A DNA stretch of 64,000 bases from Eledone cirrhosa (GCA_964016885.1 CAXHJY010000915.1:1-64000); one strand, 5' to 3'; numbered from the stretch's first letter, positions 42,893 through 57,138 are shown. Translations and numbers: made by a program. Notes: generated from the sequence alone by a model not told the origin.

Positions 42893-43494
42893 TATATATA
42901 TTTTGGAGTGAAAAATATATCAATGTAAAAAAATCAATCTTTTTTTGTACCTGGCGAAAATATTGGAAAATCTACTTTAATAGGTGGAGTCATATGATTA
43001 AAAGAAACAGTGTGTGGCCACCCCAACCATCACACACGCACACCACACCCCCCACCAAGACACATACATATCTATATCTATATATATATATATATACATC
43101 ATATAGACACCATGAAGAAAATCACACAATATTTCCATCAACATTCGTTATGGATTAATACTTATCTGACTAATATAAAGAAATAATTACACATACACAC
43201 ACTCACACACACACACATACACACACTCACACACACATACACACACTCACACACACACACACACACATACACACAAGCACACAGACATGCACAATAATAC
43301 ATTGAACATTTTTTAATGTTTTGTTTTTGGACAAAAAAATCATTTTGAAGACCATAACAGGATCCTTTTCCCAGAAACACAGAACAGGCAGATTCAAAGA
43401 CACAGTTTTCAGCGTGTCAAATCTGTGGATAATGGAAAACCAATACACAAGAAAAAATAATAATGTCTGTCCAAATACACAGATTTGATTAAGT

Positions 43495-43715
43495 GACACT
43501 TTAGACCAAGTTGTGACACTTTAGAACAAGTGGTGACACTTTAGAACAAGTTGCGACTCTTTGGGACAAGTTGTGGCTCTTTAGAACAAGTTGTGGCTCT
43601 TTAGAACAAGTTGTGACTTTTTAGAACAAGTTGTGACTTTTTAGAACAAGTTTTGACTCATTAGGACAAGTTGTGACTTTTTTAGGACAAGTTGTGACTT
43701 TTTAGGACAAGTTGT
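43495..43715. repeat. 20-bp minisatellite, about 11 units
   Basis: TTAGAACAAGTTGTGACTTT and variants. Confidence 0.95.
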
Positions 43716-43935
43716 CCAAATTTCAATGAGAAAACTTTTTTCTATAGTTTGAGAGACTGTAGCAATAATATTTTATATATATATATATATATATTTATAT
43801 ATTTATTGAGAAGTCCCCTGGTGAGCTAAGCCTTCTCACAGTACTCAAAATACTGTCATTACTCAGCAAAACTGCAGCAGTCAAAGTAAATAGGTAAAGA
43901 TTTTTTCATATCCTGTTTGCTTTTCTCAAATATAT

Positions 43936-44008
<73 letters not shown>

Positions 44009-45464
44009 GTAATGGTTGATGTGCTCAAATGCATAGCTGCTATAAAAAACACCTTATAAAATAGGGTGAAGACCCTTAAAAACAGAAAAAGAGGTTGCCA
44101 TCAGCTGCTGTGATAATAATTGATCCTACTTCTGGCACAAAGTCAGTGGTGTATTACTGGTACTTTATTTTAATTGACCCGGTAAGGGGGATAGGCAAAG
44201 TTAACCTCGGTGGGATTTGAAATCACAATGTAGAAAGCCATAATTATATGCCGCAAAGCATCTTGTCCAGTGCTCTGCCAATTCTGCCAAATAATACACA
44301 CACACACTGATACACATACACATGTAGAGTATGTGTGTGTTGATCGTGTGAGTTAGTGAGTTATCCTTTATAGTGCTCAATACAAGCTTGTGTGTATAGG
44401 TGTATATAGTGTTATACAAACATACACACACACACATACATACATTCTTACATGCACATACATATATAGATACATACACATATACATACATACACACATA
44501 CATATTTACATACACACCCACACACATGAACACATGCATTCACACACAACTACATATATACATACACACATAGACACGTAATCACATACATAACACTCAT
44601 CCCATACATACACACCTTCACACATAAACACACACACCTTCACACATACATATATAAATACACTCCTAGACAGATTCCAATGCACACACACACACATCCC
44701 CACGTACATAAACGCTCACCCACTGAAGATCTCTGAGCTTATCAAGGTGTTTCCTATTCTGTCATCTTCACTAAATATTCTTCTATTCTGCCGGATTATG
44801 GGATCAAATCTAACCATCGACTTACGTCCAGGTTACCACCCTAGCGCCATCATAGGTAATGTACAAAAGTTGTTGTATTGTTGTTGTTGTAGTTGTTGTT
44901 GTTATGGACAGAATGATGTCATTGACCCTGTCTCTACTGACGGATATGTGACAATGTCTGTATCACAGACATCATAGACATCAGAGCATTGACGATGATT
45001 ATATGACAAAATGTAAATTATACACAGACATCATCATCATCATCATCATCATCGTTTAACGTCCGTTTTCCACGCTAGCATGGGTTAGACGGGAGTTGTC
45101 CCACTTGAGGCAAGGCTGGTCGGGTGACCATGTCTCGCTCATATAGGACTACCTGGCAGGTTTTCTACGGCTGGATGCCCTTCCTAACACCAACCACATT
45201 TACAGTGTGAAACTGGGAACTTTTTACCGTGTTACCTACATGGCCACATTACATCGTGGACTGTGTGTGTTTTTTTTGTCGTGACACCTACACGAACTCG
45301 ATCTCATTTTCTGCAGACCGGTAGTTGCACATTTGTTATTTAAGTGCATTTCGATAAAGAGAGCAATTTATTAACGTAGATGATTATTGAATATTTAAAC
45401 ACATATTTTTTAATTAAAGTCAAATACTCAATTTATTTATTATATAATTTTAAACAAATTAATT

Positions 45465-45537
45465 ATTTCTTTGCGGCCCGGTAGCAAATGATCCATGGAC
45501 TGGTACCGGTCCACGGCCCAGTGGTTGGGGACCTCTG
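45465..45537. mobile_element. hAT-Charlie-like terminus
   Basis: CCGGTCCACGGCCCAGTGGTTGGGGACCTCTG resembles MER1/Charlie-type ends. Confidence 0.55.
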
Positions 45538-45599
45538 GTATATAATATATAATGTAAGATGAAGGTAATGGTAAAGTAAGTTACCTGCTAATCTTTGTT

Positions 45600-45650
45600 T
45601 TGTTATCCTAATATTTCGGGACATAAAATTCCCTTCTTCAGAGTATAAAG
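45600..45650 (-). ncRNA. Minimal hammerhead-like motif
   Basis: - strand TATACT-CTGAAGA-aGGGA attttatg TCCC-GAAA-TATT-AGGATA; stem I is imperfect. Confidence 0.45.
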
Positions 45651-45992
45651 AGTATAAGGAACTCTCAGAGTATAAAGAGTATAAGGAACTCTTAGAGAAA
45701 AATGTTCCGGTTTCTTCTCTTTGGAATTAAATTTAGATTTAATACCTTAAACTCTGAAGATTCTAAGAAAGTCAAGGATAAGAAATTGTCATTTATTCAT
45801 ACATTTCTATGAACGAATGTTTCAATACAGCTACAATATCACATCCGTAGAGATACCAGTAATATCTATTCATTGTAGAAAGCTACCAGTATGATGAACA
45901 TAAGAAAAGGAAATTGGACTTTAATCGAAATGTCTCACCAATATAAAGAAAGAGATGATTCCACTTCAATTTAAGTCCTAGAACCATATATA

Positions 45993-46331
45993 TCATTTCA
46001 TTTCATTTTACGTCCGCTTTTTCCCTGCTTGCACGGGTGGGACGGGAACTGATGCTGGCTTGATTTCTACAGCTGGATGCCCTTCCTAACACCAATCTCA
46101 TTTACAGTGAGTGCTGGGTGCTTTTTTGCCGTGGCACCTCCACGACCACTTTGCAGTGGAATGATATGGACCCCAGTCCCTATCATCTCATTTCTACAGC
46201 TGAGTAAACTGGAGCAATGTGAAATAAAGTGTCTTGCTCAAGGAAACAACACATCACCTGGTCTGAGAATTGAACTCACAACCTTTCGATTGCAAGGCCA
46301 ATGTTCTAACCACTAAGCCATATGCCTCCAC
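45993..46331 (-). mobile_element. Full-length CORE-like SINE
   Basis: Reverse-complement match to 3925-4272. Confidence 0.85.
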
Positions 46332-46848
46332 AATATATATATTTAAAACATTTTTTTTTTTCTAATCATATGCTTGGCTCTCACCGATTTGTCCAGTTCA
46401 TTTGACCACCAGTATATCAAAAGAATCCTACATCTTCTATGCATTTTATTTGACGAGAACATGTTTTGGATTATGTTATACATAAGACTTGCATCTTTGA
46501 AATATATATAATAAAATAGAGATGATATAAAGTATGTCTTTTGTTTATTAAAGTACCAGTAATGCACTAGGTATTTGCTGGCTTTGTGCTTAACGTAGAA
46601 ACATTTATTATTATTATCATTATTATTATTATTGTATATATATATCATCGGACGTTAAAGGATGATGATGTTGATAACCATATAAATATATAAATATAAA
46701 TATTAGATAAGGATAAGGAATTTTTAGTGTTTTAAAATTACCGCGTATGAATTACCTGTGTGGTAGCATGTTGTTTACTAATAAAACAATTCAGTTAAAT
46801 GATTTTGTTATCTTTAAAATGAATTTTACAAATTGTATTTTCTTCACA

Positions 46849-48252
46849 ATCTGCCTGTCACCCACCTTGTGGATTGTCTCTCTGTTGATCACTGGTCACT
46901 GGTCTCTGTCTTCTGAGACATTATATATCATCTGCCTGTCACCCACCTTGTGGATTGTCTCTCTGTTGATCACTGGTCACTGGTCTCTGTCTTCTGAGAC
47001 ATTATATATCATCTGCCTGTCACCCACCTTGTGGATTGTCTCTCTGTTGACCACTGGTCACTGGTCTCTGTCTTCTGAGACATTATATTTCATCTACCTG
47101 TCACCCACCTTGTGGATTGTCTCTCTGTTGATCACTGGTCACTGGTCTCTGTCTTCTGAGACATTATATATCATCTGCCTGTCACCCACCTTGTGGATTG
47201 TCTCTCTGTTGACCACTGGTCACTGGTCTCTGTCTTCTGAGACATTATATTTCATCTACCTGTCACCCACCTTGTGGATTGTCTCTCTGTTGACCACTGG
47301 TCACTGGTCTCTGTCTTCTGAGACATTATATTTCATCTACCTGTCACCCACCTTGTGGATTGTCTCTCTGTTGATCACTGACCACTGGTCTCTGTCCTCT
47401 GAGACATTATATATCATCTACCTGTCACCCACCTTGTGGATTGTCTCTCTGTTGATCACTGACCACTGGTCTCTGTCCTCTGAGACATTATATATCATCT
47501 ACCTGTCACCCACCTTGTGGATTGTCTCTCTGTTGATCACTGGTCACTGGTCTCTGTCCTCTGAGACATTATATATCATCTACCTGTCACCCACCTTGTG
47601 GATTGTCTCTCTGTTGATCACTGACCACTGGTCTCTGTCCTCTGAGACATTATATATCATCTACCTGTCACCCACCTTGTGGATTGTCTCTCTGTTGATC
47701 ACTGACCACTGGTCTCTGTCCTCTGAGACATTATATATCATCTACCTGTCACCCACCTTGTGGATTGTCTCTCTGTTGATCACTGACCACTGGTCTCTGT
47801 CCTCTGAGACATTATATATCATCTACCTGTCACCCACCTTGTGGATTGTCTCTCTGTTGATCACTGGTCACTGGTCTCTGTCCTCTGAGACATTATATAT
47901 CATCTACCTGTCACCCACCTTGTGGATTGTCTCTCTGTTGATCACTGACCACTGGTCTCTGTCCTCTGAGACATTATATATCATCTACCTGTCACCCACC
48001 TTGTGGATTGTCTCTCTGTTGATCACTGACCACTGGTCTCTGTCCTCTGAGACATTATATATCATCTACCTGTCACCCACCTTGTGGATTGTCTCTCTGT
48101 TGATCACTGGTCACTGGTCTCTGTCCTCTGAGACATTATATATCATCTGCCTGTCACCCACCTTGTGAATTGTCTCTCTGTTGACCACTGGTCTCTGTCC
48201 TCTGAGACATTATATATCATCTGCCTGTCACCCACCTTGTTGATTGTCTCTC
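46849..48252. repeat. 81-bp minisatellite, about 17 units
   Basis: ATCTACCTGTCACCCACCTTGTGGATTGTCTCTCTGTTGATCACTGGTCACTGGTCTCTGTCCTCTGAGACATTATATATC. Confidence 0.97.
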
Positions 48253-48470
48253 ATTTTTATATGTATTAATTAAATGCACTCTCCCTTCACCTCAATCAGA
48301 GACAACATTGTTTTATATATATGTATATATATGTTAGGTAATTCCGAAGGAAAAGCAAAGGAAAAAAGAGTGCTCTATGTATAGAACAGAGCTATTTAAT
48401 TATAAAGTGAACAACTTATATATATATATAATTGAATATAAAAGGACCAGATTCGCTAAGGTGAAAAGAA

Positions 48471-48952
48471 TACTAACTATAGACAATAGGGTTTGCCTGA
48501 CTCAATTTAAGAATAAATCAAGAAAGTAAATACAAACCGGAATTGTGGTAAGTACCAATCACCCTGACAGCTTTGGTAATGCTGTTTCGCAAAATTAATT
48601 GTGAAGAGGAATACCGATTCTTGCTCATCAGTGGGTGAAGAATTAGTATCCTGGTCACTTCTAAGTATATTAAAAGCTGAATAGTGTGCGTATATATAAT
48701 AACGCACATGGTATCTGAACTTAGCGGGTCTCACAAACTCACACCACTAAAAATAGCAGCCAGGTTTACTCAACATTTGAATTAGCTCAACAAATTAACG
48801 GAGCCGAATATATCAAAGGTATATATTGAGTTAGAAACTCAAAATAGTCTCTTACAATAAAATAGCTCTAAGAAAGAGATTTTTCCGAGCCATATATTAA
48901 AATTGATTTATTCTTAAATTGAGTCTGGCAAACCCTATTGTCTATAGTTAGT
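48471..48952. repeat. About 50-bp inverted repeat pair
   Basis: TACTAACTATAGACAATAGGGTTTGCC...AATAAATCAA at 48471-48520, with its reverse complement at 48903-48952. Confidence 0.75.
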
Positions 48953-49005
48953 AGCCAGATGGCTGGAACAGGTTAAAGAGTATATACAGGGTGTCCCAGA
49001 AAATG

Positions 49006-49038
<33 letters not shown>

Positions 49039-49447
49039 TTATTGGTAACCACACAGCCTCATTTTTAATTCTTGAAACTGGAATAAGGACCAATATGATC
49101 AGCCTTAGGGCGTGGGACAGACTTTAACGCTGAGACGGACTGGCGTCTTGATCTCTAAGTCGCTTAACGCCAAGGAAACTGGGATAAGTACCGCCCTGAT
49201 AAGCATCCGGGTTGAAACGGACTTTAGACTTTTGACATAAAGAAAGAAAAAGCAACAACTAGAAAGAAAAAAAAAGAAGAATATCGAACACACCACTTCT
49301 GTATGTTGCTATGGAACCCAGCAATTAGTCTGAATAAAACCAGGTTAATTTTTCAAGTTCACTAAACAGAAAGCTACCCAACAAAGCCATAAATATCATT
49401 TTCATAAACTGATAGCTCAAGATTCATTCGTGACTATCAGTAGTTGC

Positions 49448-49479
<32 letters not shown>

Positions 49480-50069
49480 CCGCGCACCCGTGTATGTGTG
49501 AGTTTGTGTACTTTATGTATGTGTGCGACTGCTTGCTTAGTGACGAAGGTAAATTTGGCAGGTGATCAACTACTTGTTATCAGTTACTTAATCTCCATTC
49601 ACACCACACCTCTGTGTTAAATAACCTTAGTGGCTGAGGAGAGGTGGAAAAATGGCCGTATTTTGTTTCGTCTGTTGTTTTGGTGGTTACATGCTACATC
49701 GAATACCTAGGTACCTACCCTACCAAGGTTAAAAATAGCAAACTTTAGACAGGTAGATAAACACGTACGTATCACTCGCTCTCGCTCTCGCTCTGATCGA
49801 TCGACAAGATCCCACACCTCATTCGCTTGCCGTGTGGCGACGAAGACCTCGTCACATCGGACCAAGGAAACAATGTTTCCATTGGTCTTTCCATTGCTGA
49901 TACTATCTACCGGTCGCAACTCCAGGCAGAAGGAGCAACGTGAAATAAAGTGTCTCGCTCAAGGACACAACGCATCAGCCGGTCCGAGAATTGAACTCGC
50001 AACCTCACAATTGCGAATCCAACTCTCTAACCACTAAGCTACGCGCATTCACTACGTGAGTGTGTGTGC

Positions 50070-50109
<40 letters not shown>

Positions 50110-50112
<3 letters not shown>

Positions 50113-50645
50113 AACTAGGGTAAGAACGGGATGGAAGAAGTTTAGGGAACTACTACCACTGCTAGCTGCAAAAGGCTTCTCCCTCAGAATGAAAGGCAGA
50201 CTGTATGATGCGTGTATCCGAACAGCGATGTTGCATGGTAGTGAGACCTGGGCGCTGAAGGTGGAAGACTTACGTAGATTAGAGAGAAACGAAGCCTGCA
50301 TGTTCCGATGGATGTGTAACAGTAATATACGTGAACGACAAAGCATAAAGGAATTGAGAGAGAGACTGAGCATAAGAGGAATCAAATGCTGCGTGCAGGA
50401 GAGGCGGTTATGCTGGTATGGACATGTGATGCGTATGAAGGATGACAGCTGCATAAAAAGGTGCAGAGCACTAGAAGTTGATGGAAACCGCGGAGTGGGG
50501 AGACCCAAGATGACTTGGGATGAGGTGATAAAAGCCGACCTTACCCAACTACACCTCTCAAAGTCAATGACACACGACCGTGACTTCTGGCGTCACGCAG
50601 TAATACAGGGTACCCGACCTCCCATGGGTACATGCTGAAGCATAT
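50110..50645 (+). mobile_element. RTE LINE 3' fragment (open frame)
   Basis: RVRTGWKKFRELLPLL...MLHGSETWAL...LERNEACMFRWMC...RRLCWYGHVMRM...GRPKMTW. Confidence 0.92.
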
Positions 50646-50940
50646 AAACAATATGCCCCCCCCCCCCCACCGCAAGGTGGTCGTGGAGGTGCCACGGCAA
50701 AAAAGCACCCAGCCCACACTGTAAAGTGGACGTGTAGGCACCACGAAAAAGCACCCAGCACTCACTGTAAATGAGGTTGGTGTTAGGAAGGGCATCCAGC
50801 TGTAGAAATCAAGCCAGATCAGTTCCTGTATGAGCAAGGCATGGTCAGCCGACCAGACACTGCCCACAACAGGACAACCCGTCTAACCCATGCTAGCGTG
50901 GAAGAACGGACGTAAAACGGTGATGATGATGATGATGATA

Positions 50941-51109
50941 TAACGAAGGAAATGTGGTAAGGAACCAGGTGGACCATAACGCACCAAAGTACTCAATAAT
51001 TAGGGTAGTAGAGTGGGTAATAGGAACAAGTAGGACCCCGACGGCTAGACGGCTGAATTAGCCGTCGAAACGGCTTGAGCTCAGCCGTCGGGGTCCTACT
51101 CATTCCTAT
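50941..51109 (-). mobile_element. PLE fold-back mini-element, family A
   Basis: Long arm and tail on -; the short + arm has stem II GACGGCT/AGCCGTC, GAAA, stem III ACGGCT/AGCCGT and a GUC site. Further family A pieces at 18409-18470, 53466-53517 and 57137-57262. Confidence 0.72.
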
Positions 51110-51830
51110 ATATATTATATTAGAAAGTGAGGTTTTTTTTACAGAATGAAAAATAACCGAGGTGTCCTACACGAGTGAAAGTATAAAGAAAAAAAGATGA
51201 AATCGAAAATGCAACTGGAGTCTTATTTAAAAAAATATATATATATTTATTTGGTTCCTTTACCGGTTTCGCAGTTCTTCTGCTTTTCAAAAGTAGAGTT
51301 GAGATGGAGGGTCTGTGGTTTTTCTCACATCTGGTTGGTCTCTGAATGTTACTTGTTTTATAGAAAAAAGTGGCTCGAAAAGCCAGGTTTTTAGAGAAGT
51401 AATTTGATTGGTTGGTCAATAATTATAATAAATTTCGCGCCAGTTCGCATTACAAAGTTCTTCAAACAGGGAGGGGGGGGGGCTCAGGTTGTTTTTTCAT
51501 ATATGAGTGTTTGAATTTCTTTTTACTTAAAAAAAAAGGGGGCTCACGAAGGCTTTTTTTTTTTTAATAAACGTAATTTGATTGGTTATAAATGAAATTA
51601 TGGCTGTCACGTGAACAAGTTTTCATTAAATTTCGGGCCCTTATTTGGAAATCTATTCTGTAGCCTTTTTAGAGAATTTTATGACAAGCAAAAGAGAAAT
51701 GGGATGGGAGAATTGTTCTGGTTCAGTGAATATGGTTAGTTCGCTGGGGTGTCAGATTTTCTATTGAAATAAAGAGTGCTTACAAAAATGATTCAACAGT
51801 TGTTATACAACCTAGTCATGCTATGTGCAA

Positions 51831-51915
<85 letters not shown>

Positions 51916-52324
51916 CTTTATATATATATATTTGCACATAGCATGACTATATATATATATAAATAAATAAAGAATGTTTAATAATAGGTAGACATCATAA
52001 AAAGGTAATTTATTCCGAGTGCTTACAAATGTTTCAACAGTAGTTATACAGTAGTTATAGCAAATATATATATATATATATATCGACTTTCGTCAAATCG
52101 GACCGAGGGAATAATGTTTCCGTTGGTCTTTCCAATTGCTAATACTATCTATCGGTCGCAACTCCAGGTATATATATAATAATTGTTTCTACTTTAGGCA
52201 CAAGGCCAGCAAATACCCAGTGTATTACTGGTACTTTATTTTATCGACCCCGTAAGGATGAAAGGCAAAGTCAACCTCGGTGGGATTTGAACTCAGATCG
52301 TAAAGGGACGTAACTATGCTGCAA

Positions 52325-52860
52325 AGCATGGCGTCCGACCCTCTACCGATACTGCCAATCCACCGCCCTAGCATGGCGTCCGACCCTCTACCGATACTAC
52401 CAATCCACCGCCCTATCATGGTGTCCGACCCTCTACCGATACTACCAATCCACCGCCCTATCATGGCGTCCGACCCTCTACCGATACTACCAATCCACCG
52501 CCCTAGCATGGTGTCCGACCCTCTACCGATACTACCAATCCACCGCCCTATCATGGCGTCCGACCCTCTACCGATACTACCAATCCACCGCCCTATCATG
52601 GTGTCCGACCCTCTACCGATACTACCAATCCACCGCCCTATCATGGTGTCCGACCCTCTACCCATACTGCCAATCCACCGCCCTAGCATGGTGTCCGACC
52701 CTCTACCCATACTGCCAATCCACCGCCCTAGCATGGCGTCCGACCCTCTACCCATACTGCCAATCCACCGCCCTAGCATGGTGTCCGACCCTCTACCCAT
52801 ACTGCCAATCCACCGCCCTAGCATGGCGTCCGACCCTCTACCCATACTGCCAATCCACCA
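52325..52860 (-). repeat. 45-bp x12 tandem array made from the Meta-SINE 5' head
   Basis: Unit reverse complement CTAGGGCGGTGGATTGGCAGTATCGGTAGAGGGTCGGACGCCATG, contiguous with the SINE body at 52180-52325. Confidence 0.93.
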
Positions 52861-53015
52861 CCATATATATATAATAATAATAAAATGTGGAGCGGAAGCA
52901 CATGAGTTAGGATAGCGAAATTTTCTTTTTTATTAGATATTTATTTCTGTGTTATGTATGTATATGTGTATATGTGTATATGTGTATATGTGTATATGTG
53001 TATATGTGTATATAT

Positions 53016-53280
53016 GTATAAAAGAGAAAACACAGGTAAGCATTAAGAGAAGGATTTTATCCAGGTATTTACGACCGTTTCATTGGTAAGTGCAACCTTG
53101 GATAAAATCCTTCTCTTCATGCTTACCTGTGTTTTCTCTTTTATACTTTATACTCCAAGATTGAACGGAATTCTTACAAACTTGTGGAGTTACCCCCTAA
53201 CCGTACGTTGAAACCGTCCATGAAACTGGCTTTCTTAACCAAAAACTCGATCACAATAAGCAATTTTTGCTTCTCTAACT
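53016..53280 (+). mobile_element. PLE-type fold-back mini-element
   Basis: Inverted arms 53016-53064 and 53099-53147; - strand GAAACGGTCGTA hammerhead 3' half; microsatellite flanks. Confidence 0.55.
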
Positions 53281-53418
53281 ATATATATGTATGTATATAT
53301 GTGTATATAATTATATATATCTGTATGTATATGTATGTGTATATATATATATGTGTGTGTGTGTATTTTTATTATCGTGGTGATGTAACCTTTTGTATAT
53401 ATGTGAGTGTGTATATTA

Positions 53419-53468
<50 letters not shown>

Positions 53469-53854
53469 GCCGTCGAAACGGGTTGAGCTCTGCCGTCGGG
53501 GTCATACTTTTTCCTATATATATATATATATATATATTTGTATGGTTGTGTGTGTGTGTATGTATATATGTGTATGTATATGCATAATTACATACAGAGT
53601 GCTTTAATGTTTATTTTCATTGATTATTTGCTCCAGGAACTTGTTGAGTGCTCTAAATCAGCTATAAACATTTATACCTTTATCTATTTAATTATTTATT
53701 TATTATTTGTCGTATTCCCAACTATTTGTTTACCCCTTCCACCTTTTTATTTTTATATATATATAATTTATATATATGTATATATATGTGTGTGTGTCTG
53801 TGTGTATATGTATATATATATATATATGTATATATATATGTATATATATATATA

Positions 53855-54226
53855 TGTGAATATAGACATAGAATATTCGAAAATATTCTGTATGTTTATA
53901 ATAAACATTTTGAAGACCTAATCGCTATAGAATAGAATACGTCACGTATTACAATTAGATTCTCGATAAAAGCAAGGGAAGTAATCTACGCGTTTCATTC
54001 TTGTTAGAAATCTTCAGGACTACATATCCAGTGCTTTTATCGAGAATGACACAGCTAGAGACTTATAGAATACTTAGCTGTGTACAGGAACTGGTTTGAA
54101 AGAGCGGTTGCCGGTCCGGCAGAAATTAGAAATTGGAATAAATGTTTATTATAAACATACAGAATATTTTCGAATATTCTATGTCTATATTCACATATAT
54201 ATCGCTACTTCAGAGCATTTATTCCA
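53855..54226. mobile_element. PLE-type fold-back mini-element enclosing an intact hammerhead
   Basis: About 57-bp inverted arms 53855-53911 and 54140-54196; (TA)n flanks. Confidence 0.65.
53960..54046 (-). ncRNA. Canonical type I hammerhead ribozyme
   Basis: - strand TTCTCGATAAAAGCA-ctggatat-GTAGTC-CTGAAGA-tTTCT aaca AGAAt-GAAA-CGCGT-A-GATTAC-ttccct-TGCTTTTATCGAGAA. Confidence 0.82.
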
Positions 54227-54588
54227 ATATATATATATGTATATATATATATGTATATGTGTGTGTGTATGTATATATTTACATGTATGTATGTGTATGT
54301 GTATATATGTGTGTATTGCTTACCACGTGTGTTTATTTATTCATGTGTGTCCTTTCCTGTATCACTGTCAACTTAATAATAATTTTTATTTTCTTAAGTC
54401 TTATTTAAAATTTTTTTTTTTTTATATATTTTTTTATTTGTATGTGACGACCTATTGCATTATATGGTTGTTCATGGTTTTTTTTTATTTTTTATTATAA
54501 TTAATTGTGTGTGTGCATATGTATGCATGTATATGTGTGTGTATATATATATATATATATGTGTGTGTTTGTGTATTTATGTGTATGG

Positions 54589-54622
<34 letters not shown>

Positions 54623-54763
54623 TTATATATATGTATGTGTGTATGCGTGTGTGTGTGTATGTGTGCATGTGTGTTTATCTACTTTTATATTTATTCTTTT
54701 TCACTTTCATATATATTATATTTTTGTTTTTAAAATCCACTGTCAATAAATACACCAGGAATT

Positions 54764-54824
54764 TTTCATTCTGATGACTGAAAGCAAATTTTGTTTGCTT
54801 TCAAGAAACCACTGGTAAATGAAA
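54764..54824 (+). ncRNA. Canonical type I hammerhead ribozyme
   Basis: TTTCATT-CTGATGA-c TGAAAGCAAA ttttg TTTGCTTTCA a-GAAA-CCACTGGT-A-AATGAAA; GUA cleavage site at 54815-54817. Confidence 0.8.
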
Positions 54825-54849
54825 TAATTATCTTATGTTATTTATTACA

Positions 54850-56016
<1,167 letters not shown>

Positions 56017-56299
56017 TACACACACACACACACACAACACACACACTCTCGGGCCTCAAATAATGGGGAGGGGTAGAGCACAGACGGGAGCGGGTGATCG
56101 GTAATTTTCTAAGGTTGCCTTTTTTTTGTCTTTGTTTAAATTAGTCGCCTAGTTTATTTATTCAGACACCAACCAATCCTATTTATTTTATAACGTGTTT
56201 TTTATTGTATACAGAACATGTATGTATGTATGTATGTATGTATGTATGTATGTATGTATGTATGTATGTATGTATGTATGTATGTATGTATGTATGTAT

Positions 56300-57012
56300 G
56301 TCAGGTCACCACTTGGTGCTACTGGTAACATGTATCCCAGTACAACCTGTCTCATGGTCGGGTCGTTGGCGACTAAACTAGCAACCCCACCAAGGTTTCT
56401 TGGTGAGGAGGGTGACTTTGGACATCCTGCAGGACTAAAAACCAAACCTTTCAAAGGGCAAAGGAGCTCTTAAGAGTCAATGGCCATCCAAAATCACTGG
56501 GAGAGATGACCCCTTAGCCTTTGTCAAGGCAGAATTCTAGGAGAAGGAAAACTCTGATATAACACCTGCAACCCAGATGGTATCCAATGATGTTGACTTG
56601 TTCTTCTTTTTGGTAAATATCATCTTGGTTAAGAGAGTGGGACTGGCTTTGTGCAGTGCCTTTGCTCACTATAAAAGCTTCACGGCACAGGCATTGTTTT
56701 ATATCTGGAGATCTCTCTGCACTTGTCGTCACATGGTACCAAAGGCAAAGCACTATGTGTCAATAATTGTCACAAGTGTAGTGTTTGTACCAGAGTTTTC
56801 AAGTCGCTGGCTGGACTAAAAAGTCACACTCGTTCAGCGCATCGGTAGGGGTTCTCCTACATGGATATAAAGTAGTGGCCGTACTCGAAAACGAGTTGGC
56901 AGCCACCATGTATGTATGTATGTGTGTGTGTGTATGTATGTATGTATGTACGTGTGTATGTATGTATGTATGTAGAATAAGGAAGTAAAATTCCATACAA
57001 ATCGAAGATTTA
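56300..57012 (+). mobile_element. Non-coding RTE-5'UTR-like element in (TATG)n, copy 1
   Basis: Contains CTAGGAGAAGGAAAACTCTGA (RTE 5' UTR-like); near-identical inverted copy at 61590-62296. Confidence 0.65.
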
Positions 57013-57083
57013 TGGAAAAATTAAAAGTAGAACGCATTGAAGTATATATGGTGCTGTGCTAATCTATTTTTACTCTATTTTAA

Positions 57084-57138
<55 letters not shown>

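Noticed and set aside
46849-48252. 81-bp unit as a decayed 84-bp zinc-finger array
   Set aside because: No CxxC/HxxxH spacing or TGEKP linker was seen.
56300-56410. HDV-like or twister ribozyme in the element leader
   Set aside because: Stems are present, but I could not fit the nested pseudoknot topology by eye.
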